From an uncultured virus (IMG/VR IMGVR_UViG_3300032257_000003) (taxonomy: Duplodnaviria > Heunggongvirae > Uroviricota > Caudoviricetes), in the IMG/VR virus record IMGVR_UViG_3300032257_000003: a stretch of DNA of 36,949 nucleotides. The stretch is one strand, 5' to 3'. The notes beneath the pieces were generated by a model. It did not search any database and was not told the DNA's origin. It saw only the letters and a program-made list of their open reading frames with translations. Shown here one piece after another: positions 1-8,687 of this stretch. The translations under genes were made by a program, and so were the position numbers. How positions within the stretch are numbered: position 1 is the stretch's first letter; every line of letters starts with the position of its first letter.

Positions 1-71
1 TTCAACTGCGTGTTATTACATAAGGCGCAGTTCAATAGCTTCCATTAACCAACAATCAAAGGGTTACAGCC

Positions 72-563
72 ATGAATGATGATGATAAGCGCAGTTCAAA
101 TAAAGAAGTGCACCTGGTTAAACCTTCTAGTAAGACAGATCAGCTAGGGGTGGGGGGTAGGCATAAGCAAAGTCAACCCTCTTTTGAGGTAGGTGGGTAC
201 CTAGATATATGCAATATTTCTGATTTTGATTTTTTGGCGTCGACTCGTAAAAGTGACCCGAGAATTAAGGCGCTACACGATATGTATGTAGGTGAGGAGT
301 GGATACAGTTTGCTGAAATTGTTGGTTATGAGTCTTTTATGGTTTTATGGATGAAATTTGGAGAAGAAAATAACTCCAAATGCTTATATGTACCTACTTT
401 ATCAAAATATGTGCGATATCAACGAAACCTATTAATACTAAAGCTTTTCGACGAAGGTTATAGGAGCAATCAGATTAAAAAACACATAAAGAGAGAATTA
501 TGTGAGGACATAAGTATTCGCCACATAGATCGTATTTGTTTAAAAAGTAAAATGAAACGATGA
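72..563 (+). CDS. Mor/C-like late transcription activator
   Basis: C-terminal LYVP...RYQRNLLILKLF..G...ISIRHIDRI pattern resembles Mu Mor/C; lies upstream of the late genes. Confidence 0.7.
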   Translation: MNDDDKRSSNKEVHLVKPSSKTDQLGVGGRHKQSQPSFEVGGYLDICNISDFDFLASTRKSDPRIKALHDMYVGEEWIQFAEIVGYESFMVLWMKFGEENNSKCLYVPTLSKYVRYQRNLLILKLFDEGYRSNQIKKHIKRELCEDISIRHIDRICLKSKMKR

Positions 564-2185
564 CTGATAAAACCGCAATAATATATGCCCGTGTTAGCTC
601 AGCTAAACAGGCAGAAGAAGAATTACCCATATCTAGCCAGATTGAACAGTGCAGAAAGAAGGCTGAATCTTTAGGTGCAAATATAATTAAGGTTTACTCT
701 GATGAAGGTATTTCAGGTAGCTCTGATAAACGCCCAGCATTTCAAGATGCGATGTTATTTTGTGAAATTGAACCACCAACATACTTAATTACCTGGTCAA
801 GTTCTCGCTTTGCCAGAAATAAAGTTGATGCAGGGTTTTATAAAAAACGTTTAGCAACAGCTAACGTGAAAATAATGTATGTATCTATGGAAGTTGATAC
901 AGACACTACAGGAGGCTGGTTATTAGATGGTGTTATGGAAATTTTTGATGAGCTATATAGTAGGCAGGTAAGTGCTGATACAAGGCGTTCACTAATTAAA
1001 AACGCTAAAGATGGTTACTGGAATGGAGGGCGGGTGCCTTATGGATTCATAGCAGCTAACGATGTTGAAAACCCTAAAAGAAAACGCTTAGCTCATAATC
1101 CTGATGAGGTCGATGTAGTAAGAAAAATATTCGATTTAAAAATGAATGAAAATATGGGTGGTAAATCTATTTGTATTTGGTTGTCAGAAAACGGTTATAA
1201 ATACAGAGGTTCAACCTGGAAGGTTTCAACAGTTCAAAGTCTCTTAAGAAATAAACTGGTCATAGGTAAAACAACATTTGGCAAACGTGATTCAAATAGA
1301 AAAATAAGACCGAAAGAAGAATGGATTATTGTTGATAGTCATAAACCCATTATTGACTCAGTTACATGGGACACAGTACAAAAAATAATGGATTCACAAA
1401 CAGACCCAGAAAGTAATGGTAGCCCCAAAAGCCTGCACACATTCACAGGGCTCTTAACTTGCGGTCAGTGTGGTTCATCTATGCATACTGAAAGTGCTAA
1501 GGGTAAACTGAAAAGGTTTTATTACTATAACTGCTCGGCGGCTGCTAAGTATAAAAAACATAAACCAAGGCGTATTAACTCAGATGCAATGGATAAATGG
1601 TTATTGCAGGTAATTTGTGAAACGATATTTTCAGAAGAAAACTTAACAGAGATAATTAATAGTCTATTTGATATTGCTGGTACATGGTTATATGAGAAAA
1701 ATAAAAGATTAAGTAGTGCAGAAAGCAGGCTGTTATCTTTAAAACAAAAACAAAATAACTTATATGATTTATTGGAACTTCATGGGTTAGATGCGCCAAA
1801 TCTGGGTGATTTATCAGAAAGGCTAAAAAACAATAACGAGAAAGCTAAGATAATTGAACAGGAAATAGCAATAATAGACGCTGAAACACCTCCGGTAATA
1901 GAGAAAGCGTCTAAATCAACCATTAGAGAGGTATCTAAGTTTTTAACAGAATTAATTATTACTATGGAAAATCCCAAGAAGGTAAGGGCCCTCTTGGGAA
2001 CATTCATTGAAAGCATCGTTCTTAAGGATACTTATATTACGGTTAACTATAACCCTAATAGCCTGATAGACCGGACTAGTGCCGGTGTTCTCAGTGACGT
2101 TGTATGGCTCCCCGAGCAAGGCCTACTGGGAACACTATCAGTTAAATTCAGATTACCTTCAACATTTCATAAAAAAGCTGCTTAA
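560..2185 (+). CDS. Large serine recombinase (integrase)
   Basis: IYARVSS catalytic motif, DEGISG, SRFARN, GGRVPYG recombinase domain, CGQCG...YYYNC zinc ribbon and coiled coil; ATGA overlap with upstream ORF. Confidence 0.95.
   Translation: MTDKTAIIYARVSSAKQAEEELPISSQIEQCRKKAESLGANIIKVYSDEGISGSSDKRPAFQDAMLFCEIEPPTYLITWSSSRFARNKVDAGFYKKRLATANVKIMYVSMEVDTDTTGGWLLDGVMEIFDELYSRQVSADTRRSLIKNAKDGYWNGGRVPYGFIAANDVENPKRKRLAHNPDEVDVVRKIFDLKMNENMGGKSICIWLSENGYKYRGSTWKVSTVQSLLRNKLVIGKTTFGKRDSNRKIRPKEEWIIVDSHKPIIDSVTWDTVQKIMDSQTDPESNGSPKSLHTFTGLLTCGQCGSSMHTESAKGKLKRFYYYNCSAAAKYKKHKPRRINSDAMDKWLLQVICETIFSEENLTEIINSLFDIAGTWLYEKNKRLSSAESRLLSLKQKQNNLYDLLELHGLDAPNLGDLSERLKNNNEKAKIIEQEIAIIDAETPPVIEKASKSTIREVSKFLTELIITMENPKKVRALLGTFIESIVLKDTYITVNYNPNSLIDRTSAGVLSDVVWLPEQGLLGTLSVKFRLPSTFHKKAA
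2085..2135. other. Candidate attP inside the integrase 3' end
   Basis: 11-bp inverted arms GTGTTCTCAGT / ACTGGGAACAC (1 mismatch) around a 29-bp spacer containing TGGCTCCCCGAGCA, the reverse complement of a tRNA-like 3' end. Confidence 0.6.
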
Positions 2186-2229
2186 ACAATTACTTATACT
2201 AGTTTAATGGATGTGCATTTAATAACCTA

Positions 2230-2255
2230 AGACCATAACGCCCCTTATTATGTCT
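2230..2255 (+). promoter_or_regulatory. Late promoter / activator-binding motif, copy 1
   Basis: AGACCATAACGCCCCTTATTATGTCT followed by a T-tract; recurs at 8576 and 11304. Confidence 0.7.
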
Positions 2256-2280
2256 GTATTTTTTTAACAAAATACAGCAT

Positions 2281-3225
2281 ATGGGAAAGCCTCGTTTATT
2301 ACCGTTAATTGAAGTTTATTTTAAGTGCCACTCTTGTGGGCATGATTTTAAGGCTGTGCCTGGTGAAACAGTTGAGGCCCCTGATTGCTGGTGGCACCCG
2401 TTTGAATATTTCTGTAAATGTGAAAAATGTGGTGATGATGCTATTCAGCATGGCCGTGAGGTTGGTTTATTAAAGGCTCATGCCATGGCCACAGGGCCGA
2501 GAACTGCTGAAGGTAAGGCAGCTTCTGCTAAGAATCTTGAAGGCCACCCTACACCTGAAGAAACAAACCAGACCCGCTTTAATGCTTTAAAGCATGGGCT
2601 TTATGCTCAAACTGCAACATATTTTCCCGCCCGTCCTGGTAAATACGCTATTTGTGAAGCTTGTAATTATCGTGGGCATGAATGCACTGAAGGTTCAGAC
2701 GATAACCCACCTGCATGCTTAAGGCGTGTTGAACTGTTCATGAAACATCAGATGGCTTTTGATGCAAAAGACCCGGGCATGTTAATGAATTTGCGCTCTG
2801 GAACCCAGGCAGCTATTCAAGCCATGATTGATGAAATGATTATGACGATTGCCGCCGATGGTGGGCCGCGAATTAAATCTGTTGAGTGGTACCACGATAA
2901 AGATGGTGGTTTTCATTTGGCTAAATATAAAGATGACAAAGGTGAACATCATCAAATTCATAAGTTAGAAGAACACCCGCTTTTAAAGCGTCTAATTGAT
3001 TATATAGCTAAAAATAACCTCACACTTTCTGATATGGGTATGACACCTAAAGTGCAAGAAGATCAGGATATTTTAAGAGGTAATTTAGATAATGACGAAA
3101 AGGAAAAAGAATCAGCTAATGAATATATGAAGAGTATAGAGCAGGGGCAAAGCAACTTACTCAAATTGATTAGCAATAGTTATGATGAAAAAGATGTTGA
3201 AAATGCGGTGATTGTCGATGGCTGA
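2281..3225 (+). CDS. Probable terminase small subunit (atypical, Cys-rich)
   Basis: Directly precedes and overlaps TerL; TGPRTAEGK...NALKHGLY motif; CxxC pairs. Confidence 0.6.
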   Translation: MGKPRLLPLIEVYFKCHSCGHDFKAVPGETVEAPDCWWHPFEYFCKCEKCGDDAIQHGREVGLLKAHAMATGPRTAEGKAASAKNLEGHPTPEETNQTRFNALKHGLYAQTATYFPARPGKYAICEACNYRGHECTEGSDDNPPACLRRVELFMKHQMAFDAKDPGMLMNLRSGTQAAIQAMIDEMIMTIAADGGPRIKSVEWYHDKDGGFHLAKYKDDKGEHHQIHKLEEHPLLKRLIDYIAKNNLTLSDMGMTPKVQEDQDILRGNLDNDEKEKESANEYMKSIEQGQSNLLKLISNSYDEKDVENAVIVDG

Positions 3226-4906
3226 GCGCGTAACAGCGGCACGCCGTGTTCAACTGCAAAATGTTGCTGAGCGTGAGATAAATCGTTACCAGGGCAACCA
3301 CGCAATGTGGCATAAGCATATACATAATATTGATTTAGATTCTGTGCAAATTCTAAAAATGAATGAAATGGATACGCACGCTAATACCATAGATTTCAGC
3401 TCACGGCGTACAGGTAAAACAGCTTGCAAAGAATTATATAACCTTGAATACAACACATGTAATGCAGATCAGGAACTAGGCATAGTTGCTCCCCGTGAAG
3501 CACAGTCTATTACTAACCTAAATTATCACATGGATGCCATAAGGCGATCAGAAATACTCAGCTCATTTTTGATGTTTAAAAATGGCCGTGCTCAAATCAG
3601 TGACACTAAATATGAATTTATGAACAGAAGCAAAGCGTCTGCTTTTGGCATAATGGCCCAGGTTGATGGTGGTGATTTAACGGTGGCTTCTTTAGAAGAA
3701 GTTGACGATATGCCAAAAGATCGTTTGTATTCTCGTTTTTTATTAATGCTAGCTTCAACCAGGCGATTAGGGGCCAGTAAAGAAAGTAAAAATGACCCTC
3801 AAATAAGAATAACAGGTGTATTTAAGGGTGCAGACACACTCACTGAATTAATAGAAACAGGCAGTTATCATTCACTTGCATCATATAAAGGCAAAGCCAT
3901 TAGAAATGTTTTGCAGGAAATGATAGATAAAGGCTGGCTAAATGCCGATTGTGTTGACCTTGAAAATTATAGATTCCCTATACCCATACTGCACGCAATG
4001 AACGGCATTAACCTGGGCATTATTAATGAAAGTGCTATTAGTGATTTAAAAGCAGGTTTGTCTGATGATGAAGTTACCCGCCAGCTGCTTTGTGTAAACA
4101 CATCATCACGAAACTTAATATGGGAAATTTATCTACGTAGAGCTCTGCAAGTTGGTTTGCAAGCCGGCCTTGAACTGGCCACACCTTTACCAGGTGAACA
4201 TTATAAAAAACGTGGTTTAGTTTCATTTGGTTATGATCATTCTGGGCACGGTGAAAATTTAACATCATCAAAATATGCATTTGTCGTGCTTGAACAATTA
4301 GGCAATTTTAGCGTGCCTGTCTTTGCAAAAACATGGCCACCTGGTACAGATGAAACAATTGTTGAACGTGATCTAGTGGGTTTCTGGCGTTACTTTGACC
4401 CAGATATAGCTAATGGTGATGCGTTTGGCATTGGCATGATGACCACCTTGAATGATGATTTATATCGCTTAGGTTTAACCACTGTAAATCGTTTAACCAT
4501 TGGTGATGGTGAGTCAACAGCATCTACCTGGGGTGAATGGCCATTTAGCCCAATGCGGTTTGAAGGCATGATAAAACATCAAATGGCAACCACTGTAAAA
4601 ACAAGCTTTCACAATGCACAAGTAGCATTGCCTTACATTGATGATAATGATTTAGATAACCCAGAAACAGAAGACTATCGTCTTTTATTGCGCCAGTTGC
4701 TCAACATCGTGCCAGAAGAAACCAGCAAATCTTATTCAAGTTACAAGATGGCAAAAAAATCAGTAGGTGATGATTTGTTTGACTCATACATGGCAGCTCA
4801 ATGGGGTTTAACAACCCGTGGCGTCAATATTATTCCTACCGCCATAGTTTTAGGCACAAGTACACGCGCCCAGCTTCTTGGGCAGCAGCAAGTTATAGGA
4901 GGTTAA
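3218..4906 (+). CDS. terL: Terminase large subunit
   Basis: Walker A SSRRTGKT, Walker B ASLEEVDD, nuclease motifs FGYDHSG and GDDLFDSY; ATG 3218 preferred over TTG 3212. Confidence 0.88.
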   Translation: MAERVTAARRVQLQNVAEREINRYQGNHAMWHKHIHNIDLDSVQILKMNEMDTHANTIDFSSRRTGKTACKELYNLEYNTCNADQELGIVAPREAQSITNLNYHMDAIRRSEILSSFLMFKNGRAQISDTKYEFMNRSKASAFGIMAQVDGGDLTVASLEEVDDMPKDRLYSRFLLMLASTRRLGASKESKNDPQIRITGVFKGADTLTELIETGSYHSLASYKGKAIRNVLQEMIDKGWLNADCVDLENYRFPIPILHAMNGINLGIINESAISDLKAGLSDDEVTRQLLCVNTSSRNLIWEIYLRRALQVGLQAGLELATPLPGEHYKKRGLVSFGYDHSGHGENLTSSKYAFVVLEQLGNFSVPVFAKTWPPGTDETIVERDLVGFWRYFDPDIANGDAFGIGMMTTLNDDLYRLGLTTVNRLTIGDGESTASTWGEWPFSPMRFEGMIKHQMATTVKTSFHNAQVALPYIDDNDLDNPETEDYRLLLRQLLNIVPEETSKSYSSYKMAKKSVGDDLFDSYMAAQWGLTTRGVNIIPTAIVLGTSTRAQLLGQQQVIGG

Positions 4907-4910
4907 CCCC

Positions 4911-6308
4911 GTGGAACTTTACGACATTCAAAGTAAATATATAAAACTAGGCATAGGTGACTTAGGGCGCACTGGCAAACAGGCTATGTATGAAAGCCAG
5001 GGCTTTACACCAGGTGTAACAACAGAGCGTGGTAGCCGCGCAACACTAGAAAATAGTGTTAAATATTTATATCGAATGATGTGGACAGACCCCGAACTTC
5101 ATCAATCTATTTTAGATTTGCGCTTAATGGATAAAGCAGACGGTCGGGTTAAAAAAATACATAACAAAATGTCACGCACAGCGGTTAAAGGTGGATTACG
5201 TTTAAAAGTTGAAGGTGATAACAAACGTATTATTAAAATATGGAAGCAGTTTGTTAAACGCCTTAATTTAAACAGACAAGAAAAACTTGAAAGTGATGCT
5301 AAGGGTTTAGTGATGGAAGGCAACCTACCACTGCAGTGGGTTGTTGGTGATAACAACACCATTGTTAATTGTGTGCGCATGCCCAGTGAAACCATCATGC
5401 CAAACGTTACAGAAAACGGTGTATTTAAAGACCCAAATCACGCATATACACAATTTGATTTAACAACCGGCAATGAATTAGCAAAGTTTTCACTCTGGCA
5501 ATTAACGCTGGTTAGACTTAGCCCAGATAATTATGATGACATGGGTGCAATGGGCCGACCTTATTTAGATGCAACTCGCAGCGTCTGGAAAAAACTCTGC
5601 ATGACTGAAGAAGATTTAGTTATTCGCAGACGTGAACGAGCACCATTAAGAACAGCCCATTCATTAGAAGGCGCAACAACAGAAGAACTCCAGCTTTATA
5701 AAGAGCAAATTGAAAACGATCAAAAAGAAATAACCACTAACTATTATATGAATAAAAAAGGTGCTGTTGATGCTGTGCAAGGTGATGCAAACCTTGACCA
5801 GATAGCAGACGTTAATTATTTATTAGATACATTCTTCGCAGGCTCACCCGCACCAAAAGGCTTATTTGGTTATGTTGGCGATTTAAGCAGAGACATATTA
5901 GAAGACTTAAAACGTGATTACTTTGAAGAGATAGATGCACTTCAAGACACGCATGCCTTTGCTTACCAGTTAGGGTTTCGCCTTGAACTTTTACTGCACG
6001 GCATTAACCCAGACGCCATTGAATATGAAGTTAAATTTGCAGAGCGCAGAACAGACACACCAAACCAACGTGCAGACCATGCACTAAAACTGCAGGCGTT
6101 AAATGTGGGCAATAGAATAGTGTGGGAGGCAGCCGGCTTAAATACTGATGATGTGCTGGCAGCCAAAAAAATAGAAGCTAACAGTAATGACCCTTACCCA
6201 AACGATGAAGAAAGTGACCATGGGCCAAACAGTAAGCCCACGGTAAAAGTAACACCAGGTAATGAGCGTAAAGGTGATAGCGGCACAACAATTAATAATA
6301 AAGGTTAG
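4911..6308 (+). CDS. Portal protein
   Basis: 465 aa between TerL and MuF; GRPYL and SPAPKGLFG portal-like segments. Confidence 0.8.
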   Translation: MELYDIQSKYIKLGIGDLGRTGKQAMYESQGFTPGVTTERGSRATLENSVKYLYRMMWTDPELHQSILDLRLMDKADGRVKKIHNKMSRTAVKGGLRLKVEGDNKRIIKIWKQFVKRLNLNRQEKLESDAKGLVMEGNLPLQWVVGDNNTIVNCVRMPSETIMPNVTENGVFKDPNHAYTQFDLTTGNELAKFSLWQLTLVRLSPDNYDDMGAMGRPYLDATRSVWKKLCMTEEDLVIRRRERAPLRTAHSLEGATTEELQLYKEQIENDQKEITTNYYMNKKGAVDAVQGDANLDQIADVNYLLDTFFAGSPAPKGLFGYVGDLSRDILEDLKRDYFEEIDALQDTHAFAYQLGFRLELLLHGINPDAIEYEVKFAERRTDTPNQRADHALKLQALNVGNRIVWEAAGLNTDDVLAAKKIEANSNDPYPNDEESDHGPNSKPTVKVTPGNERKGDSGTTINNKG

Positions 6309-6310
6309 AT

Positions 6311-6517
6311 ATGCAAATAACGATAACAGCTGGTTACTGGTTAATCCCATTACTGTTAACAATAATTTCATTTTTTATAGCTAATGATTATAAAAAACAT
6401 AATTGTGGTTATATTAATTGTGGTTATATTAATTGTGATTTTGAAGGGCTCATAAGATTTTTAATAGCCATTATTTTTTCGTTAATTGTTTGGCTTATAT
6501 GGGCGTTGCTTAATTAA
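6311..6517 (+). CDS. Small two-TM membrane protein
   Basis: Two hydrophobic helices; AT-rich; tightly packed between portal and MuF. Confidence 0.6.
   Translation: MQITITAGYWLIPLLLTIISFFIANDYKKHNCGYINCGYINCDFEGLIRFLIAIIFSLIVWLIWALLN
6400..6437 (+). repeat. 15-bp tandem repeat, 2.5 copies
   Basis: TAATTGTGGTTATAT x2 + TAATTGTG, encoding NCGYI-NCGYI-NC. Confidence 0.9.
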
Positions 6518-8235
6518 TGAAAATAACACTAGCCAATAACCCAAGAACAACAACCAGCTCAGCCATAAGTCGTGCATCTAGCAGCGCACGTTCAAATATG
6601 AACCGGTTAGACAGATCTGCATTAAATGATCTTGAACAAATTTATAGAGCAGCAGCTGCAGATATACGAAACACTATAGAGTCTTTTGCCGGCATCGATG
6701 GCAACTTGCGGCTAAATAACTTACAAGACATTCAAAATCAGGTTAATAATATTCTAGGGCAAATAACTGACAACCGTGATGCTCTGCTTAATAATAATTT
6801 AGAGCAAGCCGCTGTGTTAGGTACCCAGCCATATACTGGCGCAGTAGATGGCAGCACCTTAGTGCGCGTGGCAGATGATGCCGTTAAGTTCACCCACTCC
6901 TTTATGGGTAAAGATGGATTGCAATTATCAGATAGATTATGGCGCATAGATAACCATGCTCGTGAAGTAGTTGGCGGAGCCATTCAAAGCTCAATTATTC
7001 AGGGGCATAGTGCTAGTCAGGCCACAAATAATCTTTTAAATAATGGAGCACCTGTGCCGGCTGCATTAAGAAATAAAATTGATAATGCAAATGCCGGCAC
7101 GGTTGGCCGAATAGCATCAAGGTCATTATTAACGGGCACAGGCTCACCCAGACATAATGCAATGCGTGTGTTTCGCACTGAGTTAAACAGGGCCCATGGT
7201 GAGGCCTACATGATGTCAGGTGAAGGCACTGAAGATTTTGGCGGCTGGCGTTATTTGCTCAGCCCACGCCACCCGGAGCCAGATATTTGTAATATGCATG
7301 CCCGTGTAAACAAACACGGTTTAGGGGCCGGTGTTTACCCGAGCCGAAAACGCACACCGTGGCCAGCTCACCCCAACACATTAAGTTATGTTGAAATTGT
7401 TTTTAAAGATGAAATAACGGCAAATGATAAAGCAGAAAAAATTAATAGAATCGACTGGTTAAAACAACAGCCGTTAAATATTCAGCGCGGCGTGCTCGGT
7501 GCGCCTCAAAAAGTAGCTGCTTTAAATAGAGGCCTGTTAGTTGAAAATGAAATTAGCACGCCCTGGCGAATATTAAAAAAACGTTACGAGAAAAAAGGTA
7601 TATTTGCAGCAGATTTAAAACTGGTTAACCCAGTAAGCACAACAGTAACCCATACAGATGAAGCTGTTAAATATGTAGTAGATAACGGCCTAAGCACAGG
7701 CAATGAACACCTGGTTGCATTTGACCAGGCAACCGGCAAAGAGTTAATTAAAAAAACCTCTCACTCAGTTAACCATGTAAGCTTTACCTTAGAAGAAGTA
7801 TCACTTATTCGAAGAGGTGATAGAAGCATAGAGCTCATACACAACCACCCATCGAGCTCTTCACTTTCTTACCCTGATTTAAAAATGGCTAGTCACCCTG
7901 GTTCTGCAGTAATAACCGCCGCCGGGCATGATGGTTCTGTTTTTAGCGCCCGTGTAAGCAGTAATTTTCAAACCATGAGTAATATAGAGCCATATATAAA
8001 TAAAGACGTAACAGACACGCTATGGTCAAGAATAAACACAGGTGCCATTACCCGTGAACAAGCAAACACGATACATTCACATGTTCAAAACGTAGTTGTA
8101 GAGCGTCTAGGTCATATGGATTATGAAGCCACTTTTAATAATGGAATAGTAGGCAGAACCCTAAATGATATAGGTGATGATATAATGCAAAGTATCTACA
8201 CCGATGTTGAAACCTTATTTGTTGAGAAATTATAA
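6517..8235 (+). CDS. MuF/SPP1 gp7-like head protein with C-terminal JAB/MPN-like domain
   Basis: LSDRLW, RVFRTELNRAH, DIC...GVYP...PAHPN MuF motifs; extension with E397 and H442-N-H444-P...S451-x-x-D454. Confidence 0.82.
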   Translation: MKITLANNPRTTTSSAISRASSSARSNMNRLDRSALNDLEQIYRAAAADIRNTIESFAGIDGNLRLNNLQDIQNQVNNILGQITDNRDALLNNNLEQAAVLGTQPYTGAVDGSTLVRVADDAVKFTHSFMGKDGLQLSDRLWRIDNHAREVVGGAIQSSIIQGHSASQATNNLLNNGAPVPAALRNKIDNANAGTVGRIASRSLLTGTGSPRHNAMRVFRTELNRAHGEAYMMSGEGTEDFGGWRYLLSPRHPEPDICNMHARVNKHGLGAGVYPSRKRTPWPAHPNTLSYVEIVFKDEITANDKAEKINRIDWLKQQPLNIQRGVLGAPQKVAALNRGLLVENEISTPWRILKKRYEKKGIFAADLKLVNPVSTTVTHTDEAVKYVVDNGLSTGNEHLVAFDQATGKELIKKTSHSVNHVSFTLEEVSLIRRGDRSIELIHNHPSSSSLSYPDLKMASHPGSAVITAAGHDGSVFSARVSSNFQTMSNIEPYINKDVTDTLWSRINTGAITREQANTIHSHVQNVVVERLGHMDYEATFNNGIVGRTLNDIGDDIMQSIYTDVETLFVEKL

Positions 8236-8408
8236 TGAATACTGATTTTTTAATGATAGACCCACCCGTTACCCCATATTCAAAACCTGAAGACATTGAA
8301 AAATGGCTTAAAGAGCTCAAAACACTTGATAAAACTGAAGAGGTCGAGATTCATATAACCCAGGCAAAAGAGTGGCTAGACAGATCAAAAAAAGAAGGTG
8401 ACAAGTAA
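8235..8408 (+). CDS. 57-aa protein, candidate immunity partner of the MuF extension (not in ORF track)
   Basis: MNTDFLMIDPPVTPYSKPEDIEKWLKELKTL...; TAATG coupling at both ends. Confidence 0.7.
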   Translation: MNTDFLMIDPPVTPYSKPEDIEKWLKELKTLDKTEEVEIHITQAKEWLDRSKKEGDK

Positions 8409-8584
8409 TGCAGCCAGCAACTACACCTTATGCACAGGTTAAATGTGAATGCGGGCACGTGGTTTATGATGGTGAGGCCATTAAATCAAGGTGTGTTAAA
8501 CCAGGCAAAGTCACTAGCGTAGCACTATGTAAATGTAAGCGCTGGGTAAGTGTGCCTATTTGTTTAAAACCACTTAGACAATAA
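8408..8584 (+). CDS. 58-aa zinc-ribbon protein, Mu Com-like (not in ORF track)
   Basis: MQPATTPYAQVKCECGHVVYDG...ALCKCKRWVSVP; TAATG coupling. Confidence 0.65.
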   Translation: MQPATTPYAQVKCECGHVVYDGEAIKSRCVKPGKVTSVALCKCKRWVSVPICLKPLRQ

Positions 8585-8601
8585 AGCCCCTTATCATGTC
8601 T
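8576..8601 (+). promoter_or_regulatory. Late promoter / activator-binding motif, copy 2
   Basis: AGACAATAAAGCCCCTTATCATGTCT followed by a T-tract. Confidence 0.7.
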
Positions 8602-8641
8602 TAATTTTTTTATTAATTTAAACTTACCGAACAAGGTTAAC

Positions 8642-8672
8642 AAGCCCGGTTGCTGAAAGCACCGGGCTTTTT
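8642..8672 (+). terminator. Intrinsic terminator-like hairpin
   Basis: AAGCCCGG-T-TGCT-GAA-AGCA-CCGGGC followed by T5. Confidence 0.7.
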
Positions 8673-8687
8673 AAATGGTGATTTATT

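Noticed and set aside
2096..2135. tRNA gene on the minus strand
   Set aside because: Only ~14 nt resemble a tRNA 3' end; no T-loop, anticodon arm or D arm, so treated as an att core
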